DNA from: Octopus bimaculoides
Taxonomy: Eukaryota
DNA: 64,000 bases
Direction of reading: 5' to 3'
NCBI RefSeq assembly: GCF_001194135.2
Contig: NC_068987.1
Span: 99,462,678 to 99,526,677, forward strand
Shown: in pieces, positions 25,170 to 37,488 of the stretch
Layout: each line of letters begins with the position of its first letter
Position numbering within the stretch: the stretch's first letter is position 1
The notes under the pieces: generated by a model
Seen by the model: the letters and a program-made list of their open reading frames with translations, nothing else
What the model was told of the DNA's origin: nothing
The model's database searches: none
Translations under genes and position numbers: made by a program

Positions 25170-27379
25170 GCGAGTAAGAAAATGCAGAGGATATAAGATC
25201 GATTTTTATATTACATATTCAACAGTGGTTTTGTTTTAATATTTTTATGGAGTAAGTTCTATATTTCCTTATGGCTCTTCTAACTCTTTAAATTTTCAAT
25301 CACGAGTTTCGTATACTTATAGTCGGTTCCAACGCTTTTTATTGTTGGGTGAAAGATATCGGTGCAATCATATTCTATCTGGTAAATATAAAACGTTGTT
25401 AATAAGATTTGATTTGCACTTAATTGCAAGACATTTTTAACAATCACATTATATTCTTAATTAATTACACAAGCTCTGTTTCTACCCATTGCTTTTGGTT
25501 AAAATTTGTAATTAAAAACTCATTTTCAGTTAACCTTCATTCATGTGTAAATCTGTGTATTATAATGTTATTATGAACTGACATCATCCTTTTAGTCTTT
25601 CATTTTAGCGAGCACTAATGATACCTTGATGTACATGACTAGTACGACCACCAGCAAGTGACTCAAATGCGTTTTAATATATTTCGAATCATAAACTCGA
25701 ATGTTTGCATTGACGCTATAGATACTAAATTTTGGGCATAACAAAGTTTCTAGTATACACGACCGTGGCTTTGAGCTACAGTAAATATTTTGTTTCTGGT
25801 AACATTTTAATAACATTCTTACTGTTAATTTTATATTGTAATAAATGTGTCCAGCATTGTGAGTGTTATAACAATGAAAATATCTTTTCCATAACACGCA
25901 TATTCATGTAGATACTATGTCTCTTATTTAGATTAATTTACTGTCTTTACTGTCATGTTTGCGGCAGCCAATTTTTTGCTGTGTACAATAGTGTAGTATA
26001 GTAACATGTCCATATGTATAATAAATTATTTGTAGAAACAATTATTCGATTATTTTTCATTTCCTATTTAGACATGAATATCTACTGAAGAAATATCAAA
26101 GATCGTTAATTAAGATTAATTTTAAGCAATGTCATAATCGCAATAGCGTACTCGGTATGCGTATATTTCAATGTACGTATGTACATATACATTTAAGTAA
26201 GAATGGTTACGTATCCATATAGAGATACATATACATACACACATAAATATATGTGCGTACATATAGTCATATATACACATAAATGTGCTTGCATGCATGC
26301 ATACAAAGATAGGTACGTATATATGTATATAAATATATACATTTAGTGAGACATACTGCGGTACCTGGTGAGGAATATATATAGCGGCACTTGTATTTTA
26401 TGTTAAAGTAAATGTTTTGTTATATAGAATTCTATACTTATGCGCATGATGCTTATAGTTATGGCCACAGTTAAAAGTTTCCAAGCTTTTCTATGTGCAA
26501 GTCACTTAAACGCAGCTTTAAAGATAATTTTCATTTTGTGAATTTAGAAAATAACTTCATATTTTATCAAAAGAAGAAAATTTATAAGTTTACTTGTAAT
26601 ACAGTGCATCACTTACAATATGATCGAATGAAATTCTATCAGAATTGTGGGATGACCTACTTCGCACAAGAGCGTAAGAAACAATTGAGTATTCTTTGAT
26701 GATTTTAACCCAGTTCATAAGTTGATCGAGCGTGACACAACAGCAGACATGTGTCGAAGTGTATGATGCAGAACAATATTTGCAAAAAAACATCTGAACT
26801 GTGACTTCATCTATAACACTCTCAGGCACACGCGCTCACGCACACGCCTACACACACACACACAAACGAACCACTCATACACATATATTTCAACTATAAA
26901 AACAATTAAGCAGATTAAAACACTTGAGTTAATTTCGAGATATCAAATTTAAAAGTGAATCAACTAAAGAAGAAAACATTTTCTATCTTCCGTGATATGT
27001 GAAAGAGAGAGGACTAATAAATTGGAAATTTTAATAACTGAAGCTTTCCATCCTATGTTGTCGATGTATTTTCTAAAGGGAGAGGAGTGTAATAGTCTGT
27101 ATGTCTATGCGCGTTTGTGGAGATGTGAGGCTGTTAAAGTCGTAGGAAGAAACAAAAAAAAAATCAAGAAACAAGGTCAACAAATAGCAACAAATGTCAA
27201 ACAAAATATCAATCTTTGAACATATCCAAGCTTGAGTCATCCCTAGTTTACCTCAATCAGATATTGATCAAACTTTATGCGTGTATGAGTGTGTGATTTC
27301 ACAGCGAAGTATATATAAAGATATATGTATAAATTCAAAATAAGCAACAGGATATCAAGTGTTAATGAAGTACGACCGT

Positions 27380-28335
27380 TTCAAGCGACTCCATTTATTT
27401 GAACAATGCAATCATTCCATCGATTTGAAGCAGTACTGTCTTCAGCTGCAGAAAATATAGAATGTTTTAAGAAGTAGGACATATTAAAGTAAGTTTTCTT
27501 AAATATTTTAACAGAGTAGGAAGATGGAAGAAATTCATGTTGTCGCTACTGTAGCAATGTGACTAAGTATAGTCTACAATATCTTAGAATCACGTGGAGC
27601 ATAATGGGGGTCATAGGGTTGTTAGTGTTGTATTTCATTTCTAATTTATTTATATTTTTATCATCTATTTAATCTGAGACTAGAAGACTGTGTCTATTTT
27701 GAATACAAGAATGAGTTTGCTAAATATGGTCATAAATTTTATCATAGGTATCACTTTTCTCCAAGAGAAAGGAAGTAAGGCATTAGGAAGAGTGAATTTG
27801 ATAGAAGTAAATGTCTATAAGAAGCCAGGTTAGGGTTCGGCTTTAAAACATGATGTTAATAACCTGATAAAGTGGCAAGACACTAAGAAAGTTTAGATGC
27901 TAATAGAGGGGAAATCTATTAGGGACACGATGGGGGAACGTTTATAAACAATATTGTTATGTCTTATAAAAGAAAATTTAAGAATTCAAATATGATATCA
28001 TTGCCAAAATAGCTAAAATTATAAACATTAAAAAGGGAGATTATGTAGAATCAGTATCATAGCCATTCATATACTAAACGGATTAATATGTAGTTTTTTA
28101 TAAAAACTGCTCAAGGCACTTACATATGGAATATCTGGAAGGATATCCATAGTAGGTATTAATTTAAGCCATGAATCAGAAGCGGGATTTTGAGATATTG
28201 ATAATACAGACACATATTTAAACAAAGATTATAAAATCTAAAGTATAAAAAATATAATACTCGAAAAATATGTGCTGTTATAAGTATATGTAAAGTGTAA
28301 AATAATTCATATATGTATATATATATACACAAAGA

Positions 28336-28377
<42 letters not shown>

Positions 28378-29140
28378 GCACACATATACACAAATATTTA
28401 TACGCTTATAAGAATATAGTATAATTATCTTGCGTAGACCTAAGTAACTGAAAAATATCAATTTAAGAACAAGAAAAATAACAATTTATAAGGGATAAGA
28501 GGTTAATACATATGGATCTCAAAATAAGAAAACAAAACAATAATAATTTATAGAAAATAATAAGAAATATATATAACCTACGTATAAAGAGACAGGAGAT
28601 TGAAATTAGAAGCAGGGAAAAAATTAAGGTAATCTGAAAAGAGGGATGTGTCCTGCCCCGTTTACTGGTAAATAACATCTTCATTTAAAGACTAAGCCTA
28701 ACCTGGCTCTTTTTTTATAGACAGTCACTTCTATCAAATTCACTTTTCCTAAAGTCTTATTTCCTTTCTCTTGGTGAAAATGTATACCTTTGGCAATATA
28801 TATGACCATTCTTAGCCATGAGCTGTAAACTCACTCTTGTTCTTTATGCAAATGAGACACAATCTTCTAGACTCAGATTTAATAAATGATTAAAAAATAA
28901 ATAAATTAGAAATGAATTACAACTCTTAAAACCCTATGACCCCACTATGCTGCATGTGTTTCTAAGAAATTGTATCTACTTGTAGTCACTTTGCAACAAT
29001 AGCGACAACATAAATTCAAGAAAAATTATATTGATGTGTCCTACCTGTTAAAAAGATTATATATTTTGTGCAGTTGAATATAATAGCACTGCATTTAAAT
29101 TGATGTAATGATTGCATTGTTAGATTAAATGTAGTAGTTT
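27380..29140. mobile_element. Foldback / long-TIR non-autonomous element, arms about 500 bp (27380-27895 and 28640-29140), spacer about 750 bp
   Basis: Collinear inverted anchors: AACAATGCAATCATT, GTAGGACA, ATGTTGTCGCTA, GGGGTCATAGGG, TCTGAG.CTAGAAGA, CCAAGAGAAAGGAA, GTGAATTTGATAGAAGT, GCCAGGTTAGG. No coding remnant recognised. Confidence 0.75.
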
Positions 29141-31193
29141 GATTTTGTTCACTTTACATCGAGCTGTGCGGATAATACCGGACTTACTTGGTGCTTCAAC
29201 TTAAGTACCTAATTCAATCTTAATTATTTCTTGTGTATATTATATATACATATGCATGTGTGTGTGTGTGTGAGTGTGCGTGTACGTGTGTCTGAGTGTA
29301 TACACATACACTCACATACATACACATATGTATGTCTAATGAACACCCATTTTCGTTTTGTTTGTTTCAGATTTATGCGAGCCCATTTACTTTCTATAGA
29401 ATAGCGTAATATCTTATTGTCTCTGAATGAGGTTCATGTTCATACGTTGCTCCAAAGTCAAAATGGCAGCAACTCACAAAGGTTAACGATATTCTTTCAT
29501 CCTATAGAAAACTCAGCACACGAATGATAATGCAATGTATTAAACATGTCTGTGCTTCATAGAATAATATTAAGTCTATGATTGTCATAGCAGACGAGCT
29601 AACCTGACGTGAAGAATCTCAACAGCCTGTTTTCAACATGGGAGGTATGCCACTGCATGATAAAAAAGTTTCATAAAGAAAGGATAGCGATGCATTATTA
29701 TGAATCTGGTTCCTTTGTTCATTCCCCTTTAAAATAGAAAATCATTTTATCCTTCATTCTTTCTATATCAGAATAATGCCGTAGGGAGAAAAATGCAACG
29801 TCATGCATCAAGCGTAAATATATAAATATTCCTTAAATTATACGGGCTATGTGGATTTGCAGTTACAATTTGCAACACTATAGATAGCATTCAGATATGA
29901 AGCATCACCCTCGCTATACATAGAAAGCTTCTTTTGTTTCAACCTCTTGTGGAAATAACAAAATATAGATGTGGAAATGCTTCTACTTGATCGCGAACCT
30001 GATATAAGTAGCAACCAATTCAAGCTCAACTTTTACCAAGTTATTTCATAATGTTCAGCAATTTTCTAATACGGGATTATTACAGGTGGAATGTCGCATT
30101 GATCGAGTTGACATCGGATGAATTCGAAAGAGTACTATTTGAGCGAATACCTAAATCTTTTGCCTCCGCTTCACCGTATTCAGCAATCTCCTATACGTCG
30201 TTTTGAACTATACTAATGACCGCAGTGTGTTTTGAGATTCTTATACATAACATGTTTAAAGGGAAAGCCCTTCCGTCATTTCCATAAGCACTATGACACG
30301 AAAATCCCCTCTAATTTAACTACGATAGTCCGAACTTGATATGTAAGATGAACATTCATTCAAGCAATGCAAGTTTCGTACATACACATGCATATATAAA
30401 TACAAAAAACGCACGCAGATATAAACTCGCATATATATNNNNNNNNNNNNNNNNNNNNNNNNNNNNNNNNNNNNNNNNNNNNNNNNNNTATATATATATA
30501 TATATATATGAAAACGAATGTGAAAAATGAAAATATGAACTGTTACCCTAAATGAATATATGTACTTTTACACTGACGAAAATATATACTCTTACACTAA
30601 AGAATACTGCTAATGAAAATATGTACTCTTACGCGAAAGAATACTGCTAAAGGCATGTACTAATTGTGAAGCCATAAATACTTGTTCGTATTATTTATAC
30701 GCATTTTCGTTTTTCAAGAAAATTACTACATTACGTGTAAGGAGTTTTCTATTCGAAAGATTTCTGTTTGTATTTAATCTTGTTAAATAAGAACAAAGCG
30801 GTGCAAAGTGACTGCAAAAGACGTTGTTAGTCATAGTAAACACATTATTATAAATTAAATAAAATTATACATCCAAATATCGTATGCGCCGAGGAAATAA
30901 TACAGCGTACAATCCATTCAACATTTCACTAACGTGAGAGTATTATATTCTACGACAAGCTACTTAAAGACGTGCAATATATATGCAATTCATATTTAAG
31001 TAACAAGCATAAGAATAATTTATTATGACTATTTAGATCTTACTTGATAGTTTAATAACATATCTCTCTGTATGTTTTTATAATATATATTCATATATAA
31101 ATTTCTCTATGTGTAATATGTACAGATACATATGTGTCTATATATGAGTACCAATTTATCTATTTGTCTAAGTACATAAGTAAGTATGTGTAA

Positions 31194-31194
<1 letters not shown>

Positions 31195-31263
<69 letters not shown>

Positions 31264-31280
31264 ATATATATATATATATT
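31195..31280. repeat. (TATC)n followed by (TA)n microsatellite
   Basis: Directly visible. Confidence 0.95.
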
Positions 31281-31604
31281 GACATAAAGTTAAATATATG
31301 CCTGGTCATAGTGTGATCGAGTGTTTCGCATCCATAAAACGCTTAGCTTTATAGACGATTCATCAAACTCCATTGGCCACAGGTTTATAGCCACTCTTCA
31401 AACTGGAGGCAGAAAATCTTTACGATCTATTAATGTGTAAACAATGTCTGAGCCTTTAACTGGGTGGGTTGCATCCCTTAGACAATTCCGGTAAGCAAAT
31501 TTTAAGGTTCTAATTTTGATTGGAATATATATAATTAACCCCTACAAAAATGGAGATTCTCTCTCTCAACATGATGTGACATATATTCGAAAGCCAATCA
31601 ATCA

Positions 31605-31725
31605 TTTTTCTACTCTAGGCACAAGGTCTGAATTTTGTGGAAGGGGTTGGCTGATTAAACAGACAATAAACCTTGACTGGTACTTATTTTATCGATCCAG
31701 AAAGGTGAATGGCATACTCGGAACA
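31605..31725. mobile_element. Decayed SINE (second Octopus-type family)
   Basis: TACTCTAGGCACAAGGTCTGAATTTTGTGGAAGGGG...CTGGTACTTATTTTATCGATCCAGAAAGG. Confidence 0.55.
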
Positions 31726-32159
31726 TAACTAATCATAATTAAAAAAAACATTAGGAATTGTTACAGTGTGCCAAATGATGTTGCCGTGATTTTATTCAAA
31801 TATATATGCAGTTGTCAACGACACGGAATAATCCTCTGCTAGGTAATCTGCAGTATTAGAAACTGCTAAACCAATAAGACTGAAGAAACTACGGTTACGT
31901 CCTTAACGCTTAAGATCTTTTCTAATAATAACATGTGAGAAGTTATAATCATCAAAAGATTCCAACGCTTCTGTGTAAGAGTATTGGCGTACTACAAATA
32001 TATATATATATACATATTAGTACATACGTTCATACACACACGCACCCACATATAAATGCATATATATTTGCATATACACAGATACACACAGATACACACA
32101 CACACACACAAACACACACCCACACACACACATATATATATATGTATATATATATATAT

Positions 32160-32369
32160 AACGGAGTAAGCACATGAAATGTGCAACAAGGTGGAAAAAA
32201 GAGTACTCAAATACCAGAGGTAGAGTAATATGCTTTATTTAAAAGCAGCAGAAATATAACAAAAAAAAATATATATATATATATAGTTCAAAAAAACAAT
32301 AACAAAAAAACAAAAAAACAACAAAGAGAGAGTGTATGACGTTTCGGGCGTAGCCCTTCGTCGGAAAGA
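32160..32369 (-). mobile_element. PLE-terminus-like repeat carrying a minimal hammerhead motif, cut by a gap
   Basis: Plus strand GAGTAAGCACATGAAATGTGCAACAAGGTGGAAAAAAGAGTACTCAAATACCAGAGGTAGAGTAATATGC resembles a common octopus repeat (recognition only). Minus strand 32364-32338 reads CCGACGA-A-GGGC-UAC-GCCC-GAAACGUC. Confidence 0.55.
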
Positions 32370-33251
32370 NNNNNNNNNNNNNNNNNNNNNNNNNNNNNNN
32401 NNNNNNNNNNNNNNNNNNNNNNNNNNNNNNNNNNNNNNNNNNNNNNNNNNNNNNNNNNNNNNNNNNNNNNNNNNNNNNNNNNNNNNNNNNNNNNNNNNNN
32501 NNNNNNNNNNNNNNNNNNNNNNNNNNNNNNNNNNNNNNNNNNNNNNNNNNNNNNNNNNNNNNNNNNNNNNNNNNNNNNNNNNNNNNNNNNNNNNNNNNNN
32601 NNNNNNNNNNNNNNNNNNNNNNNNNNNNNNNNNNNNNNNNNNNNNNNNNNNNNNNNNNNNNNNNNNNNNNNNNNNNNNNNNNNNNNNNNNNNNNNNNNNN
32701 NNNNNNNNNNNNNNNNNNNNNNNNNNNNNNNNNNNNNNNNNNNNNNNNNNNNNNNNNNNNNNNNNNNNNNNNNNNNNNNNNNNNNNNNNNNNNNNNNNNN
32801 NNNNNNNNNNNNNNNNNNNNNNNNNNNNNNNNNNNNNNNNNNNNNNNNNNNNNNNNNNNNNNNNNNNNNNNNNNNNNNNNNNNNNNNNNNNNNNNNNNNN
32901 NNNNNNNNNNNNNNNNNNNNNNNNNNNNNNNNNNNNNNNNNNNNNNNNNNNNNNNNNNNNNNNNNNNNNNNNNNNNNNNNNNNNNNNNNNNNNNNNNNNN
33001 NNNNNNNNNNNNNNNNNNNNNNNNNNNNNNNNNNNNNNNNNNNNNNNNNNNNNNNNNNNNNNNNNNNNNNNNNNNNNNNAAACAGTATGCATACATCCAT
33101 ACAATTCGAAGTACAGCCATTCAGGCTTGCGTACTTGTGTGTCTGTGAGTGAATGTCATAACTGAAGGTTTCTGCGTCTGTATGTTATAAGTTTGTGTGT
33201 ACCTCATTAATAATACGTTACGCTTAGTATTTTATCATTATATATATATAC

Positions 33252-33301
<50 letters not shown>

Positions 33302-33757
33302 ATATGTGTACGTTTATATGTATACATGTATATATGTACACACAGATACACACATACTTATATATATATGTGTGTGTGTGTGTGTGACTGTGTGAGTGCT
33401 TGTATATGTATGAATGCATATACATATCACACGTAAAACTGTTGATCAGCTGTAATGTGTGTAATGAAGCATAATAATTTATGTTCAGAAAGCGGTCTGT
33501 TTACCGAAGCCAATATTATGTTTACATTTTGCCTTTGTTTATCAATCAATATATTTTCTTCTAGTATTTTCAACACATCTATGATGTTCGTTTTTAATTA
33601 TGGCACTGAGAAATTAATTAAAATCTGTCCCTTTATGCTGCAGCGATAGAACTAATAATTACTTATCTACACTGCCTTAACAGTAATCTGATTTATTAAT
33701 CTCTGAGTGATTACGTTCCTTGATGTGAGTGTGCTTTATGTCGAAATACACGCTATA

Positions 33758-33790
<33 letters not shown>

Positions 33791-35539
33791 NNNNNNNNNN
33801 NNNNNNNNNNNNNNNNNNNNNNNNNNNNNNNNNNNNNNNNNNNNNNNNNNNNNNNNNNNNNNNNNNNNNNNNNNNNNNNNNNNNNNNNNNNNNNNNNNNN
33901 NNNNNNNNNNNNNNNNNNNNNNNNNNNNNNNNNNNNNNNNNNNNNNNNNNNNNNNNNNNNNNNNNNNNNNNNNNNNNNNNNNNNNNNNNNNNNNNNNNNN
34001 NNNNNNNNNNNNNNNNNNNNNNNNNNNNNNNNNNNNNNNNNNNNNNNNNNNNNNNNNNNNNNNNNNNNNNNNNNNNNNNNNNNNNNNNNNNNNNNNNNNN
34101 NNNNNNNNNNNNNNNNNNNNNNNNNNNNNNNNNNNNNNNNNNNNNNNNNNNNNNNNNNNNNNNNNNNNNNNNNNNNNNNNNNNNNNNNNNNNNNNNNNNN
34201 NNNNNNNNNNNNNNNNNNNNNNNNNNNNNNNNNNNNNNNNNNNNNNNNNNNNNNNNNNNNNNNNNNNNNNNNNNNNNNNNNNNNNNNNNNNNNNNNNNNN
34301 NNNNNNNNNNNNNNNNNNNNNNNNNNNNNNNNNNNNNNNNNNNNNNNNNNNNNNNNNNNNNNNNNNNNNNNNNNNNNNNNNNNNNNNNNNNNNNNNNNNN
34401 NNNNNNNNNNNNNNNNNNNNNNNNNNNNNNNNNNNNNNNNNNNNNNNNNNNNNNNNNNNNNNNNNNNNNNNNNNNNNNNNNNNNNNNNNNNNNNNNNNNN
34501 NNNNNNNNNNNNNNNNNNNNNNNNNNNNNNNNNNNNNNNNNNNNNNNNNNNNNNNNNNNNNNNNNNNNNNNNNNNNNNNNNNNNNNNNNNNNNNNNNNNN
34601 NNNNNNNNNNNNNNNNNNNNNNNNNNNNNNNNNNNNNNNNNNNNNNNNNNNNNNNNNNNNAAAAGCAACACGGATTTCAAAGATGATTTCCGTTATGCAC
34701 GTTTCATGCTACTCCATTTATTTAAGTAATGCGAGCATTACATTAAATGCAATATGTAGAGCAATCTTCAGCTGCACGAAAATGCAGAAAATTACAGTAG
34801 AATAGACATATTATAATTGTGGCAACATTTCAAATCCAAGTGGGAAGAAGAATACATAAAAATCCAAGTGGGTGGAAGAATACATAAATCCATCTTAACA
34901 TAGCCGAGTCTATCAGGCTAGTAATTGATTCTAGGCAAAAGTTCTAACTGTCTCTGATTATATTGTCTCTTACATAGTGGTGATAGCATAAGGGACAATT
35001 ACTTCTAAGGAAAGGGAAGGTGTAAGCAGTATGCAAGGACATGGCTATAAATGTATTAGATTATAAAGGTTTCCCTGGTCAGGGTGGTACCAGGTCATTT
35101 TACTACTATCAAAATGTTGAGGAATTAAAACCCTAGGTATATGGGTCAAATAGGTTATTTTCCTTTAGTCTGAATATAGTATCAGTATAGTTATACAGAT
35201 AAAAATATTAGTTTAACCAATATTTTAACAATAAGATGTATGTAAATAAAATAAAAGAAAATGAGATTTAATTAGTTTATAAAAAAATCATGAAGTAATG
35301 TCAGTGTTGAATTCAGGGGCTATAGATAGGGTGTAAAGTTTAAGGATATTAAGTATGTTGGGTTCATGAAAAATATTTTGAATTATTTTTAAAACAATTT
35401 AGCAGAAAATAAATAATGATACTATTTAGGAGACACATAGGTAAACTTTATTTTTATAATGTGAATAAAAATTAGAAGATTGCTCTTCATATTGCATTTA
35501 ATGTAATGCTTGCATTTAATGTAATGCTCGCATTACTTA

Positions 35540-36385
35540 AATAAATGGAGTAGCATGAAACGTGCGTACTGCAATCATCTTTGAACGAGAAAACAATGCC
35601 GCAGCTCGTTGACCAAGAAGTTCTACAGTTAGAGCTACTACTGAACAAACCTATAACACACGAGCTTGACTGTGAGCTAGGCAAGCGCAACAGCACGTCG
35701 AAGATGATGATTTACAAAATATTTCCCTCGCGCATAGTGAAATCAATGAAAGGATCACGGCGCATGATTTTGACGAAAATAATATCCCAGTGTCACACCG
35801 GGTTCAGAGCTGTGGCAGTTTTAGAGATTATGTATAACTGCATTGCAAGGCGAAACACTGGCCGCTTAACCAATTCCCCTATGCTGTGAAAAAGTGAAAG
35901 CTAAAGTTGAGCCTATTCCTAATTTAATATTCTTAAATTATGGGGTGATAGCAGATTTATAACAAAAATTCGATCATACAACAATGCACATGCATTTGCT
36001 CCTAATAGATGCAAAATTTAACTTCGTCAAGTGGATTTTATCCAACATTCAAAATACAAGATGAGGGCCAGACTTTGGATCGCGTCGGTGTATTTCTGCC
36101 CTCTCCGTTGTTCACGCCCGGCCAGCTGTATGTTGCGATGTGTAGGGCAACGGATTCAGCTAATTTGAAACTTAGTGGTGGACAAACGGAGAATATTGTT
36201 TACACAGTGGTTTTATAAAGATAGTACCATGAATGTGCTATGTAAATGTTTACAATATATGGTTTGGTACACTATATGGTTTGGCACTATCAAATATAAT
36301 GAATAAAAATAAGTATATTACAGCTTAAGTTGTCTCGCTTTGTACCCTGTTCTTATCACCGATGGTAGATGGGTAAGTTTGCTAG
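35540..36385 (+). mobile_element. Internally deleted Helitron
   Basis: N-terminal Cys/His motif LHCKAKHWP (35838) and IRSYNNAHAFA (35968), then GFYPTFKIQ joined in frame to GQTLDRVGVFLPSPLFTPGQLYVAMCRA...TENIVYTVVL* (PIF1-like helicase motifs V/VI). 3' CTAG at 36382-36385. Confidence 0.8.
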
Positions 36386-36388
36386 TGT

Positions 36389-37488
36389 CAGGTCATCCCA
36401 TAAGTTCTGTCCGAATTTTGAATAAAGAAAACAAGTGATCAAATGTTATATTTAATTGAAATTTAATCATCAATGTACTTTCCCTGATTATCTATGACTT
36501 CTTTCCATCTATTTACAAGCTTTTTAATCCCATCAATTTAAAACTCTTTTCGTGTCAAAGTGAAGCACTCTGAAATGTCAGTTTCGACCTCCTCCTGGTT
36601 TGCGAAAGTTATGCCCTCCAAATGATTCTGTAAACTACGAAACAAATGGTAGTCTGAAGGAGCAAGGTCGGGAGACTAAGGGGGAAGAGGAATTTTTGCT
36701 CAACCAAGCTCTTCGATCTTCTGTGATGTGACCTTTGCAGTGTGGGGTCGAGCTTTGTCCTGATGAAACATCACTCCTTTTCGATTCAATAAAGTGGGTC
36801 TTTTTTCTTCAAAGCGTGGTTCAAACGCTTTAACTACTGAGTAGACATAAGCATTGATTGTTGCTTTAGGTGGTAACAATTCAAAGTGAATTACTACTTT
36901 GCAATCCCACCAGATAGAGGGAAGAACCTTTTCCCCATGAAGTTCTGTTCTCGGTTGCGGATGAACTGTTTCCCTTTTACCAAGCCACCGCTTACGACGT
37001 TTAGCATTTTGATAGGAGATCCATTTTTCGTTACCTGTCACAAGTCTATCCAAAAAGGGTGAAATGAGTTCGCGAGAATGGAGAGAAGAGCAGGTGTCAA
37101 CTCGGTATTTGCGGTTGCTTTCGGACAATTCATGAGGCACACGTTTTCCAAGTTTAGGAATCTTTCGAAGTGGAAGATGACGATGAACAGTTGTATCATT
37201 TGAACTGAGATTTATTGCCAATTCTTCAACTAAAAATGCAGGATTTTCTTCAAGTAATACCTCAAGGAGCTGATCATTAAACTCAACCGGACGTCCTGCT
37301 CGATGTTCATCTTCAAGGCTGAAATCCCAACTTCTGAATTTTGTAAACCATCTTCTGCAAGTTCTTTTATTCAAGCACTCATTCCCATAAACTGATTTTA
37401 TGTTTCGAGTGGCTTCGGCTGCAGAGTTACCTTTTTTTCTGTACTCATAAAGCGGTATGTGTCTTAAATGCTCTTTGGATACTTCCAT
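36389..37488 (-). mobile_element. Mariner (DD34D) element, 5' TIR missing; transposase pseudogene about 36540-37488
   Basis: ORF MEVSKEHLRH...RVPHEL...TGNEKW (D1 to N)...FHQDKARPH, then frameshifted P*SPDLAPSDYHLF. One TIR-like end CAGGTCATCCCATAAGTTCTGTCCG at 36389. Confidence 0.92.

Noticed and set aside
29860-30300. Possible pogo/Tigger-like HTH remnant on the minus strand
   Set aside because: Only a vague IAEYGEAEAKDLGI resemblance; not supportable.
30545-30650. Short tandem repeats (also 34843-34890, 54225-54305, 63073-63130) as CRISPR-like arrays
   Set aside because: Two or three adjacent units with no unique spacers and no cas genes in a eukaryotic context; ordinary slippage duplications.
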